Translations under genes and position numbers: made by a program
Assembly: GCF_009914755.1 (NCBI RefSeq)
Contig: NC_060936.1
Reading direction: 5' to 3' (one strand)
DNA: 64,000 nucleotides
From: the human T2T-CHM13v2.0 reference genome, Homo sapiens
The notes under the pieces: model-generated
The model's input: the letters and a program-made list of their open reading frames with translations, nothing else
Told to the model about the DNA's origin: nothing
Database searches by the model: none
Shown here: positions 1 through 14,068 of the stretch, one piece after another
How positions within the stretch are numbered: the stretch's first letter is position 1
How the letters are laid out: each line of letters starts with the position of its first letter

Positions 1-1760
1 ATTCTAGTTAACAGACTTGATTTCTTTTTCAGTACAGATGATCCCCAACTTGCAATGGTTCAACTTACAAATTTTCAGCTTTACAATGGTGCAAAAGCAG
101 TAGGCATTCAATACAGTCCTCAGCTTACGATGATGTTATATCTGGACTTAGACACTTTTGACTTATGAAATTTTCAATTTATGATGGGTTTATCCAACCA
201 TAACCCCATTGTTAGTCAAACAGCACCTATACTTTAAAGATGTTGCTTCACTGTCTCCTAATTTACTTTGTTTCTAATGAGAAATCTGTACTCATCCTTA
301 TCTTTGTTCCTCTTATGTAATACGTCTATCATTCTCTGGCTGTTTTAATATTTTCTTTATATCACTAGTTTTGTGCAATTTGACTGTAACATAATTTGGT
401 ATTATTTCTTCATGCTTTTTGAGCTTGGGTTTGTTGGGCTTCTTTGGATTGTGTTTACAATTGTCATTAAATTTGAAAAATTTTTAGATATTATTTCTTT
501 GGGTATATTTTTTGTCCCACCTCCCAACCACCTTTAGGGCCTCCAATTACACAGATATTAGGCCACTTGAAATTTTCCCACAACTGACACTCTTTCAATT
601 TTTAAAAATTTATCTTTGCTCCTTGTGTTTCATTTTGGGTAGTTTCTATCACTATGTCTTCAAGTTCACTAATCTTTTCATCTGCAGTGTCTATCTGCCA
701 CTAATCCCATCCAGTATATTTTTCATTTTATACACTGCAGTTTTCATCTTTAGAATTGTGACTTTGATTTTTGGTAAATCTTCTACATCTCTCCTTAATT
801 TCTGGAATGTATGGAATACAATCATAGTAAGTGTCTGAATGTCCTTGTTATTAATTAGAATATCTATGTGAGTTCTGACTTAGTTTCAACTGATTATCTC
901 TTCACTATGGGTCATATTTTTCTGCATCTTTGCATTCCTGGTAATCTTTAATTAGATACTAGGCATTGTGAATTTTGTCAGGTGCTGAATATTTTTGTAT
1001 TCTATTTATAAGGACATAAATATAAGACATATCTTGAGGTTTCTTTTGGGATATAGTTAAGTTACCTGGAAATAATTTGATCCTTTGGGAGTTTGCTTTC
1101 AAGATATTTTAAGTAGGACTGGAACACTATTTAGTTGAGGGCTAATTCTTCCTCACTACTGAAGCAAAACCCTTCTGAATAGTCTACCAAATGCCTTCTA
1201 AATCACAAGGTTTTCCAGTCCAGCTGATTACGTCAGGCATTATCCCTGGGTGACCACGAGGTACTGTTTGTTTCCCCCTAATCTTTTCAGGTACTCTTCC
1301 CTGCAGCCTCTGGTAGTTTCATCGTATGGATTCCCTTAGCAAATCTCAGCTGAACACTCAAAAGGGATCCTCTATAAATCTTTGGAGTTCTTTAGGGATC
1401 CTCTGTAGATCTTTGAGTGCTTTTTCCATGCAGCTTTCACCTTTTCTATTGCCTGTCCTGTGAATTCTCACTGTTTTGGTCTCTGCAAACTCAGCTCTGA
1501 CCTCTCAACTCAGGGAGTCTGGTGGGCTCTGCCTGTATTCTCCCCCACTGCCATGGTCTATACCCCCTCAGGAAATAAGCTGCATCATCACAGGGCTCTC
1601 CTCATTTGTTTCCCATCCCTCAGAGATTATTGTCTTTTGTTGCCTGATATCCAGTGTCATAAAAAACATTGTTTTGCATATTTTGTATGTTTCTTAGTTG
1701 TTTCAGGAAATAGGGTATATTTGGCCCTTGTGGCTTTACCTTTACTAAAAGCAATGTCTC
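1..1760 (-). mobile_element. Old L1M fragment (ORF1/5' region, antisense), interrupted by a MER47-like element
   Basis: T-rich antisense L1 text (gatgttgcttcactgtctcc...gagaaatctg..., ttcaagttcactaatcttttc); continuous across the insertion at 35-229. Confidence 0.7.
35..229 (-). mobile_element. MER47-like TcMar-Tigger MITE
   Basis: Terminal inverted repeats cagatgatccccaacttg / tagtcaaacagcaccta, with TA at 33-34 and 230-231. Confidence 0.75.
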
Positions 1761-1774
1761 TCCAGGTGAACTTC

Positions 1775-1900
1775 TAAAAATTCCAAAGCCAACACCACAG
1801 TCCCATACCAATTAAATCACAATCTTTGGGAGTGGGAGACAGGCTTCAGTAATTGTTAACATTCCCCCCTGGTGATTCCAATGAGCAGGCAAGTTTAGAA
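1775..1900. mobile_element. MER5-type hAT-Charlie fragment
   Basis: ccaattaaatcacaatctttgggagtggg...ggtgattccaatgagcaggcaagtttagaa. Confidence 0.65.
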
Positions 1901-2244
1901 ATGGAAGATAGGTGTGAGGATGGATACTTTTCACCATATACTCCTGTATAACTTTTGAATTTTGGATGTGTGTATTATTTATTTAAAATTAATTTCACAT
2001 TACAAAATGAGACTATGATAACCCATCAATGAACAAAAACAAAAGAACTGCTGGTCTAACATTGGTACTTTGGGAACCCATTGTAGTGAGTTGGTTAAAA
2101 AATATAATTATGCGGATTTTTTTATCAATGTAATTTATGTATGGTAAGCAGTGCAATATATTGGAAATATCATGGGCTTTAATGTCATTTATCAAATGCA
2201 TGAATGAATAGATGAGTAGGTGATCATCTACAACCATTTTCACA

Positions 2245-2645
2245 TTCTGACTTTGTTACTTTCTTAACCTCTCTTTATCTATACACTGGGGAGCCTAATA
2301 TCTGCCTCACAGGGCCACTCATTCATTGAAAAAAAAGTATTGAGTCACTACTATGAACAAGGAATTGCAGAGATAGCAAACAAAACAAAACAAAACAAAA
2401 CAAAACAAAAAAAATTCCCTGTCTAATGAGTGATGAGGGTAAAGGGAAGACTGGGAGTTGGGGTGAAAAGTGGGGGAGAGAAGAAGAAAAACATGTAGTA
2501 TGTTAGATGTTGATAATAGTGCTATGGAAAATAAAAATAAAACAGAGAATAACAATAAGAAGTATTACTATAAGGATTAAATGAGAAAATGCATTTGAAT
2601 TACCTAAAATAGTGTCTGGCACATAGAAGATGGTAAATATAAGTG
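2245..2645. mobile_element. MIR interrupted by an antisense L2 3' end containing (CAAAA)n
   Basis: MIR core ttcttaacctctct...ggattaaatgagaaaatgca...gtctggcacatag; L2 tail cactcattcatt at ~2316. Confidence 0.6.
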
Positions 2646-4671
2646 CCTTTAAAAGTATATCTAAAACAGGCAAAAATATTTTATCCTCTTAGATTATATT
2701 TTTTCCAATTTATTCTGCCTGTCTGTATAATCCTAATTCAGAATAATGTGGTCCAAACAGGATTTTTCTCAGTGACTGAATGCTAAAGTTGGTGGAGAAA
2801 TTGACTAGAATATTACTTGCAGTTCTATTATAAAACTATATCTGACATCAAAGAGAAATGTTAAGCTTTAGTGAGTCCATTATCACTTATTTAAAAGTGT
2901 AACCTATTTTTAAATATCCCTTGAACAGACTTATTGAATCCCATGAGTTAGGCTTGTTGAAATGAAAACATTTTATCATTCACTGAGAGGTACTGGTGAA
3001 TATATTCAAAGCAAAAGTTAATGGGGAGAATAATCTGGCATAACACGGACCCTAAGTATTTTACCAGCTGCCATATATTTTAATCTTTATATACAAACAC
3101 CTGATAATGTTGAACCCCAGCAGCCTAAACAGCTGATGTTATTTACTCAAAGGCTTAATTTACTACAATATTAGAGAGTGACTGTCTTTTGAGGTCATTA
3201 AGAAGAAAGTCAAGTGAGCTGAGCAACCTCTAATAAAACGACAACTATAACATACATTCAAGCTGATGTCCTTTAAGTCTGACGCATAAGTCATATTAAC
3301 AAAATTTTATATGAACGTAGGAAAGAATTAGGTGGTTATTTTCACATGCAAAAGAACTTGTTTCAGTATCTTGGAAGATATTTTTTGTACATTTATAAAC
3401 GATTTGCTGTCCATGGGCCCAAATTCTGGATGGTGTTTTTCTAAGGTGTATTCCTTTTCCCACAAATTGCACATAACTGCTAAATTCATGCACTTAATTT
3501 GTTTTTTAAAAAAGAGTGTAATAGTTACGTCTCTAAAAAGCACACTTAATAAGATTTAAATATCTTTCACATAACACACACAAGACAAATAATTTCCCAA
3601 GTAACACAGTGAAACATTTTGCTTTTCTGAAAGAACATTATATTCATTTTGCCCTTGCTAGATCACTGGTATCATTACTTATGCTAGTCTCTAGGAGGGG
3701 AAAAGAGGGATTTTATTGAAGTCATTTACTTGTGTCAGGCCTGGAAGTGAACTGAAAGCAATGGCAGTTCTTATATAAAGGATGGCATAATTGAATTATT
3801 GCCTTTTAAGTGATTGAAAACAGTGGTGCATATCAGGGCCATCTCTTCGAAGATGTTACAAAGAGTAGTCAGGCCATGATGTTTACTTTATGTCTAATCC
3901 CTGTTTCCAGCAGAACGAGAAGTGCAAAGAATCTGTTTAGCCTGGAAGCCCACTGTGAGAATTTCTAAAATACTGTACCCTGAAAAATGAGAATGGCTCA
4001 CCGAACAGGTCAAGTGATTTAGGTATCACAAGCTATGACACTATCTTGTAATGCTAATTCTGTCACATCCCAATGCAACAGACTGTAGTTTTAGTAGACT
4101 TAACTTTGGATTTAATAAGGTAGATAAAGTGGGTACTGTTATTGAAGGTCAGTCTTTCTAACATCTAATGCTAAATATTTTTTCTAGGCAAAAAAAAAAA
4201 AAAAAAAAAAGGCCATCATTACCTTCTTTGATCTTTAAAACATCTCCTCTGACTACTTTGTAACCATCAATTTCAGAAATGGTACACACGTCAGAGACAC
4301 AATCATGGCCAGAAAATGGGCAAAACAGAGGATCACTACAATGATTATCCTGCTCTGCCAAAACATTCAGAACCATTTGAAGTCATTTGGACTATTTATT
4401 CAACCTCTAGACAAGCAAAACCTGCACTCTATCAGTACTGAAACTGGTTGCCCTTCCTCTATCTTTGAAACTAAAGTGCAAATTTCTCAATGCTCAAAAA
4501 GCAAAACTTTCCCTTCCCCTCACATTCTCCTTTGCAACACCATTGTTCCTAATACAATCCTCCTTTACTGCAATTACTAGATTGACGGCAATTATATGTT
4601 TTCAGGTCTGTCTCCACTACTACGCTGCTGGCCCTTGACTGAAAATAATACTACTACTTTCTTGATCTAGG

Positions 4672-4838
4672 CAGGGGTTCTCAGACTTTAGTGTTCACCA
4701 GAAGCACCTGGAGGGCTCATCAAAGGACAGATTGTCAAGCACCATCCTAGAGTTTCTGTCTCAGTAGGTCTGGGGTGTGGACTGAGAAGGTGCTGCTCAA
4801 TATGTTCCAGGTGCTGCTGATGCTGCTGAGAACCACTG
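4672..4838. mobile_element. MER5A
   Basis: caggggttctcagactt...tcagtaggtctggggtg...tgagaaccactg inverted termini. Confidence 0.8.
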
Positions 4839-4844
4839 CCCTAG

Positions 4845-5080
4845 TGAAGTGGTTAGGGGCATGTTTGCTGGAGCAAGTCTGCATATCTTGAACCCTGCCC
4901 AGCTACTTGTCAGCTGTGTGCTCATGGGCAAATTACTTCACTTTTTCATGCCTCCCTTTTCTCATCTGTAAAATAAGGATATCAATATGATAAAGCTCTT
5001 AGAGTTATTAAGATTAAGTGAATTAATACACAGAGAGCTTAATTGGTACCTGACACATAAGTGCTCAATAAATGTTTATA
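4845..5080 (+). mobile_element. MIR
   Basis: ctgtgtgctcatgggcaaattacttcac...ctcatctgtaaaata...acataagtgctcaataaatg. Confidence 0.8.
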
Positions 5081-6226
5081 GATAACAAAATTAAATTATA
5101 TTTATTGTTATTATTGAGCATTGAGATTATGTGTTCCAGAAGGTGCTTACATGATGATAATCATTTTAGATGAACCTGAGACTACCAGTCTCTATAACTT
5201 GCCATGCTTTGTTTAAACCTTCCTTCCTTATACATGCCAGAGACGAAATTAATATTAAATGTTATTTCAATTTACATTCTCATTTTCTCTCCTAAATATA
5301 GACCTGGCAAAACTGTGTTCAAAGAGAAAATGTCAAATCCATTAAAATCAAATATAATTTATAAAAAACAAAATACATAATGTTGTTTTTGCTCATTAAT
5401 TTGTTCATTTTTACATCACATCTTACTGAGTCTTTGTCAATAACTCCTTGTCACAACATTTTTCTAAAGATTGATACAGATATATTATAAATTACTGGAA
5501 GACAATGTATCAATATTCGTAACTTCCACAAAATACTTAATAAATGAAAACTTTAGATAATACAATTTAGGAGGTATTATAAATCATTAATTTTAATTTG
5601 AGAACTGAAATATACAATCCATTTTGGAAAAACAAAATGACTCTAACTTAATCTTTTAAAAAGCTTTTAGCCTTTAGTTTATTTTTAATTATTTGACTTA
5701 ATCTTGTGGATTTTTCTTTTCAGTAATATACATTTCTGGTTTTGTATTATCATTAGAAACTCAAATAAGTAAACTGTACCACTGAAAAAACCCAAAAACT
5801 ATTATGCTTAGTTTTCTAAGTTGTATGGCTGTGACAACCATATAAAAAATTCTGACAAAGTACAGATTACTCAGCTTAGAAATAAACATCAGTAAACTGT
5901 GAGGCAGGCAACAAATATTCTTCATACACAGATAGAAAGAAAGACACAGCAAGAAAAGAAGGATAATTTACAACCGTAAGTTAATTGTGAATAACTCTAC
6001 TCCATCAGACTCACTGGTCCGGCACTTCCAGTTCATACGGTTTTATAAAATAAATGCTTCCTCTAAAAAGCTGTGGATAAATGAGTAGCATTTTAAGTGC
6101 AGAAACACATCTTGCTAACTAAAAAATTTTGTGGTGACCCCTTCTATAATTTGAAAAAAAATCAGTTCTGTTAAACGCCATTCCTTCTTTCTTGCTGTTG
6201 TTGTCAATAGATTTTGATTTTATTAA

Positions 6227-6544
<318 letters not shown>

Positions 6545-7252
6545 CGAAAGCAGACTTTAATCTGTCTACCAAGCAAATCTGCTTCCATTTTATGCATGCA
6601 GACTTTTATACTAAGTCTATCTTTGCTAAAGATTTAAAGAAAATTATTTCTTTCCCAAGAAGCTGTGCATTCAGATTCTTTATCTATATCTGGGCTTTGG
6701 TATCTTCTATAAAGTAAGGAACTTCTATAAAATAAAGACGTGGTGGAATGGATTAGACAATCTTGAAGATTTACTATGGTCTTAATGATTTATAGATCTG
6801 TAAACATATAAACGAAAGTAAAAATTTTAAAACAACTGTTTTGAAAAATCCCAGTACTAGTTGCAAAAAACCCTGAGTTCTAGCCCCAGGTCTTCTACTA
6901 TTCGTGTGGCACTGGGCAAGTCACTTGAGCTCCTGGGGCCCTAACTGCTGTGTGATTATAATGACAAAGATAAACTAGGTAACTCCTAAATTTCACTCTA
7001 ACTTCAAAATACATACTTCCTAGAAAACCAATTAATTATATTCTGGAAGTTTAAAATCAAAATACCACTTTAGTATATAATATAATTTTAAAATATGTTT
7101 TTACTTTTTTATATGTGAGAAAGAATAAAGCACATACTAATAATTAGTTATTTCCATTTTTACAGAATTATAATATTATAATATGTTGCTCTATATTCCA
7201 GAAATAAAATTCAATTTACACTCCTTGATTTCTGTCTCTTTGTTCTGACATC

Positions 7253-7598
7253 TGCTATAGTCTGAACATTTATGTCCCCTAAAGATTCACGTGTTGAAAC
7301 CTAATCACCAATGTGACAATATTGAGAGGTCAGGCCTTTGGGAGATGACTAGGATGAGAGGGTGGAGCCCTCATGAATGACACTAGTGCCCTTATGAAAG
7401 AGCCTGAGGAAGCTTACTTGCCCTTTCCACCAAGAAGGCACCGTTTATGAAGCAGAGTGCATGTCCTCACCAGATGCTAAACCTGCCAGTACCTTGCTTT
7501 TGGACCTTTCCAGCCTCCAGAGTTGTAAGAAATAAATGTTGTTTATAAGCTACCTTGTTTATGGTCTTTTGTTATAACAGCCCAGATGAACTAAGATA
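7253..7598 (+). mobile_element. MLT1A-type MaLR solo LTR
   Basis: tgctatagtctgaac...gagccctcatgaat...aataaa...ctaagat; acatc on both flanks. Confidence 0.85.
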
Positions 7599-7743
7599 CA
7601 TCTAAGCACCACTGTATTCCTGGATCCTATCCCTCCAAGCAGAGGTGATGCAGCTGTCCTCCTCTATCTCAGAAGCCTAGTCTGCTCTGTGACTCCTCTT
7701 ACAGAATGTGGGTCTCAAGGGGAACACTGTGGGTCAGTGGGAG

Positions 7744-8065
7744 CAGGGGGCAGAAAACTTTTTTCTGTAAAGGGCCAGATAGTAAATACGTTAAGTTTTA
7801 CAGGTCATATGGTCTCTGTCACATATACTCAACACTGTCATTGTAACACAAAAACAGCCACATACAATACTTAAACAACAACAAAAAAACAGACCGTGTT
7901 CCAATAAAACTGTATTGGTAAGCAATAAAATTTACTTTCATATTATTTTCACATGTCAGGAAATATTACTTTAAAATTTTTTCCAACCATTTAAAGAGGT
8001 AAAAAACCATTCTTAGCTTTAGGCTGTACCCAGCAGGTGACAGGCTGCAGTTTGCCAACCCCTGC
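7744..8065 (+). mobile_element. MER58B (hAT-Charlie)
   Basis: cagggg...tttctgtaaagggccagatagtaaata...gtttgccaacccctg. Confidence 0.85.
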
Positions 8066-10619
8066 TTTAGGCTATTTACCTGATTAGATGTGTGCCCCAC
8101 TGACCCTGCACTGCTCCTAAGGAAACATGCTTTGAAAACTCTACAACCCAGCCCAGAGCTGTGTTAGAACCAAAAATGGTTTCTTTCCAGCACCATAAAT
8201 TATTATGAAAGACCCAGGAATTATTCACAACCATGAACTTCTTTAGCAACTCTGCCAAAATGTTTACTTCTTCATTATGTTGATGCAGATAAAACTTCCA
8301 CAAATTCCCAGAATATTAGATTTGCAACTTGCTTTCCTAAAGTCTCCTTCCTCACCTAAACTAATAGAGTACACCTGAGCTCTGAGCAAAAAGGGCCAAA
8401 TCCCACCGGGCTTACGTCCAAACTTCATGTGTGTGAAAGTTTTATTCAGTGCAAGTGGTTTTAAAGTCACTTTTATACAGACTCTTAGTATGAATTTTGG
8501 ACAATAGGGTGAAATAAGCCTTTATATTTAATTCCCTGACCTACTAATATGAACAAGAAAACAAGAGAAACTCAAGAAATGAGGGAGGGTGCCAACTATA
8601 TATTAAAATATTTCAGCCACAGACAGGTAAGGAGTAAGGGCAGCACCAGCCGGCATGCCATCCATCAGCACATCAGGAAGAAAGATACCCGGGGTGGAAA
8701 TAAACAAGGCTTCTGTTGGAACTTCATCAAAACCCCAACTTGGAGCAAATGGGGTTAAAGATGAAAGCAGATCTTTGAGCAGTTCTTTGGGGAACAGGTT
8801 GCCACGCAGCTGGAGTCTAGGAGGAAGGAATCCCACGGCAGCCCTCCCAGCCAGCACATGGTGTATTTGGCACACTGAACAGTGTGGGCCATCACGATGG
8901 CCAGCTCTGGAGGAGGGCATGAGGCTGCTGTGCTAGGTGAGGGAACCACCACTGCCCCAGCTGGTTTCTAGCTGCTGAGACAGAGAGGGTAGCCACATCA
9001 ATGCCAGGTCAACACTCCTTTTTCAGAAACTACTTCCTTATCTATCTGCGACAACTCTCTAACTTAAACAGAATTTCCACATTGGTAAAGTGACAATAAA
9101 TGTATTGTCCCTTCTTCAGTCTATACCTGGAAGATCTAACAAACAGCTTCAGGCTTTTACTCAGGATCGATTTCAGCTCCTAATATTAAAGAGACATTCT
9201 ATTCTACAGATGAGCTAAAGAAAAATAACTGGACATTACAAAATATTCAACAGTTCAAAAGAAAATTCATTAACAGAGCAGAACAAATGACTTCTTCTGA
9301 AGCAGACTTATTGCAAGAAACAGAAGGACACATTTTAAAATCTCTAATTTGTGCTTTTAAAATTTTAGTAAGATTTAAGAAGACCCTGTATTAATAAAAT
9401 AGGGACTAGTAGCCATGAAAAGGAAACAATCTGAGCATGTAAAATTACACTTACAAATAACACAACAGAAATTCTCACATTTTAAAGGAACTCAGTAAAG
9501 ACAGAAGACAGAATATTAGATGCTGCAGAAAACAGAATCAGCAAATTAGAAGATATAAGAAGTTCTCCCAAAATTCAGAGTTAAAATCTAAAGAGAGAAG
9601 ATAAATGGGGAATAGATTAAGGAGATGCAACATATGTTTACATTAACTTTAAGAAGATAATTTCTAAAAGACAATAAGAAAGACCAATGAATAAAATTCT
9701 AAGTCCAAGATTATTTAAGCAAAAATTATTCATTGAGGGAGAAGTACAAAAAAACCTCTATTTCCTATTGTATAGGACAACAAAATATACACTTTCAGTC
9801 TTGGCAAAAAAAAAAAAAACAACAAATATCAAAAGAAAAAGAAAAGAAGAAAATTTTCCTGAGCTCAATTAAGACTTAAATTTTCAATTGAAAAGGCTCA
9901 GTTATATTTAAATACTAATAAAAACACTACAACTGAACAGATGATACAATTTCTGAATTTCAAAGATTGAGAAAACTTTCTAGAAACATTTTGTCCAGAC
10001 AGAGAAGAAACAAGTAAGTTTCCAACAAAGAAAGACAATGGGTTTGGCATTAGCTTTTATTCCACAATACTTCAAAACTAGATGACAATACTTAAAAGGA
10101 AGGTTGAAAGAGTTCTAAGCAAAAGGACTGTGACTCTAGTCAGGTTCATACATAACGGCAATGGAGCCTCTCAGTTATGCAAGAACTCATAAAGAAGATG
10201 ACCCACTTATATCCTTCCTCAACCAATTACTGAATGTTTACCAATAACTGACAATAAAGTCAGAACACAATTCCAATAATTGAAGAGAGTACAGAAGAAA
10301 TGAGCAGTAAACAGTGAATATGCCTACAATTAAATTAAAAATAATTGTGGCTAATCTATCACAATCCTGATGTTCATTAAGAAAATAATTTAAGAAAGAT
10401 GATAAGAAAGACCAAGGGCTAAAAATCTGATTTTAAGTCCCAGATTATTGAAACAAAAATTACTGGCTGAGGGAGGAGTAGTATCCTATTTTATAGGATA
10501 ACAAAATATATACTTTAATTCTTGGCAAAAAATTGAGAAATATCAATTTTACAATAATGTCCTATTGGAATTTAAAGGCAATAATTATTAAAAAGAAATA
10601 TAATGAAGAGTAGAGAAAA

Positions 10620-10830
10620 GATTTTGGTTTCAGATGAACTAAACTGGGTTTAAGGTTCAGCTATCACAAATCATGGGAATTTGGATAAATTATTAGTCTC
10701 TCAAAGCTTTCGTGATCTCATCTACAAAATAAGAATAAGTTTCTTTGTTATATGATTATTTTGAAATAAAATATATATATATAGCCCATTGTCTGACACA
10801 TGGCACATGTGGAGTGTTGGCCATTATTGT
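10620..10830 (+). mobile_element. MIR
   Basis: ctgggtttaagg...ttggataaattatt...ctcatctacaaaata...gtctgacacatggca. Confidence 0.6.
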
Positions 10831-11064
10831 TAATAATAAAGGGAAAAAAATTTGATAAACATAACAAAAGACAGAAAAAGATTAAAAACTAAAGCCAATA
10901 GCTATATTAAACAGAAAGCAGAAATGGTTCAAAGAAGCACCACCAAACATGTCAGTTATCATAATGCTTGAAGCTGGGTTAAGTTTTTCTATTGAAAAAT
11001 AAAGACCCTTAGATAAGACTTTAAAAATACAGCTACTCTGTATGCTGTTTTTATAAAGACACAT

Positions 11065-12430
11065 CATTCACTCACTCAACAAATATTTGGGTGCTCACTG
11101 TGTGCCAGACACTATTCTGGGATCTGAGGATATGGTCAGGAAACAAAACGCAAAGGCTTTGACCATTGTGCAGGGCAGCACAATCCAGTAGGAAGGTTAA
11201 AGACCCTCAGGCTGGGACAGCCCTCGCCGTGTTCAAGAAATGTAATCAGGTCTGTGTGGTGAAGGCAGCAAGCAGAGGAGAGTAGAGTTCAGAGAAGCAA
11301 CTGGGTCAGGTGGGGTAGATTCTACAGAACCTTTGAGGCCTTATCTGGACTTTGGATTGTACCCTAAATTAGAAGGTGAGGAATTGGAGGGCTCTGAGTA
11401 TGAGCAATGGGATCAAACTTCCTTTCTTTGGAAAGATTATTCTGATTGCTGTATTGAATAAAAATAAGGCCAATATTGAATGAAGGCAGAGAGATCAGTT
11501 AGAAAATTAATGTAATAATCTAGGAAAGAAAGGACAGTGGCCTAGATAAGAGTGGTAGCAGTGAAGACCGTAAATAGTTGGACTCCTCTGGACTAGGATT
11601 AGTTGACAAGATGAGTTAATTGTTTGGATGTGTAAAATATGAGAAAAAGAAGAGTCAAAGATGACTACAAGTTTTTCGGCCAGAACACTGGGAAGGATGC
11701 AGTTATGAGCAGCTATGATGGGAACAGTAAGGGAAGAGTAGGTGTGGAGGAGTGTGGTTAGGCAGCCAGTTATAGGTGTGTGAAATCTGAGGTGCTCTTA
11801 GGGGGACAGGGAAAATTAAAAGCAATAGCCAGTCAGATATTTGAATCTGGAGAGGCCAGAACCAGAAATGTAGGTTCAATAGTCATCAGCATATAATGGT
11901 ACTTAAAGGCATAAAACCGAGACAGAGCACCCAGAGACCAGATGTAGACTGAGAAGAGAAGTGCAAGGACTAAGGTCTGGAACACATGGTGTTTACAGAT
12001 GAATGAGATGAGGAGGAGCCAATGAGGGACATACAGAAAGCATGGTAAATGAAGTGGAATAAAAAACAGAAGACTGAGTGGTCTGGGAAGCCTCTTTCCA
12101 GAAAGGAAAGAGGAGAGAACGAATGACTGTGCCAAGGGCTGCTGACAGGCCAAGGAAGATGAGGTCTGAGAACTGACCACTGGGTTTAGCAATGAGGAGA
12201 TCACTGGTGACTTTGATAAGGGTGGACTAGAGGGTAGTGGGGATGAATGTCTCAGAGGCAGAGGAGAAGACAGAAAGGGAGGAAAGAAATGGGAAAAGAG
12301 AACATATAAAACCTTTTCTGAGGAACTTTAAGAAGGAGCAGAGAACTGGGAAAGTCAGTAATTCAGAAGACAAATGGGGTCAAGAAAGGGTTGTTTTCTT
12401 CTTAATGAAAATGACAGGATATTGATGAGA
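11065..12430 (-). mobile_element. L2 3' portion
   Basis: cattcactcactcaacaaatatttgggtgctcactgtgtgccagacac tail, then purine-rich L2 body (agagtcaaagatgact, gaggtctgagaactgaccactgggtttagc). Confidence 0.85.
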
Positions 12431-12900
12431 GAGAGAATATTGCTGTAGTCCTATGGATTTTTAAAAATTAAAGGGTAAACAAAAGAAAGCAAAAATTTAA
12501 AAAGGGTAGCCATATAAGATTAAAGTAGAACTTGAGACAAAAACAGTTACGTGGGACAGACATTAACATATATTTGACCAATAAACAATGGAACAGACTA
12601 AGAAAGTTGTTAAAGTGGTATTCCCCAAAAGAATACTGCACCCAGGTGAATTTATGGACAAGATTTATAAAATCTTCAGGTAAATCATCATTTCTTTGCT
12701 TTTCAAACTGATTCTGACAATAAAAGGAAGGAAAAGATTTCAATTAATTTGAACAAATTAGCAGAAACCAATACCAACAACTGACAAGAGAAGGTACAAA
12801 ATCAACTAATTGTTTCAAGATTGATACAAAAGGTCTTAAATAAAATGTAAGTAGTTTAAATCCAGTAATTTAAGAAAAACAAATAAAATCCAGGCAGGAG

Positions 12901-13209
<309 letters not shown>

Positions 13210-13779
13210 TTCCAGGCAGGAATATAAGGATGGTTCAACAGAGACAATATGACTATATTATAATGTCATTTAAAATTTTAAAATTTTAAAAAAAGGAAAT
13301 AATCTCAATAGATGTTAAAAGAGCATTTACTATAAATTCAATTAATGTTAAGATAAAAATTATTAATTTAGGTATGAAAGTTATTGCTTTGGTATAATAA
13401 AGAATATTCTTCTGAAACCAACAGCCACCAAAAACCATATGCAATGAATCAAGAACAAGAGAAAAATACCAACTATTATTATCCTTCAATGGTGTCCCAG
13501 AAATTTCAATCAGTGTAATAAAACAAGAAAAAGATATTTTTAAAAGTATAACTACTAGAAAGGAAGAGATAAAATCATCATTTTTGCAAATGATATAGCA
13601 ATTTAACTAGAAAACACAAGAGACTGAAATGAAAATTTATTAAAACTGATTTTTTAAGTTCAGTAAAATGGCACAATGCCAAAGACACATAGGAATCAAC
13701 AGCTTTTTGCAGACTAAATTAGGCAGATTTCTAATTTAAAATTCTCTTTACAAAAGTAAGCACCTCCAAAAATCTCCCT

Positions 13780-14068
13780 AGTGTTTTCCAATAAAAATGT
13801 AATGTGAGTCACATATGTAATTTTAGATAAGCCCAGTTGCCACATTAAAAAAAATGAAAATATATACTTTATGTAACATAATAACCCAAATTATTATTTC
13901 AATATATCTAATTGATATTTTTTAAATGATTTTTTTCATACTGAGTCTTCAAATTCTAGTGGTTTTTGGTAGTTAGTTAACCTGCTTGTGTGTTTGCACA
14001 CTTAACAGTATTATTTCACATCTTCACTAACCACCTGTGGCCAGCAGCTATTGTATCAGACAGAGCAG
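13780..14068. mobile_element. MER33-like hAT-Charlie
   Basis: ccaataaaaatgtaatgtgagtcacatatgtaattt...ccacctgtggccagcagctattgtatcagacagagcag. Confidence 0.7.

Noticed and set aside
8549-8952. Cluster of ORFs in a GC-richer patch
   Set aside because: No recognisable protein or convincing exon; sits directly upstream of L1 ORF1 remnants, so most likely a decayed L1 5'UTR.
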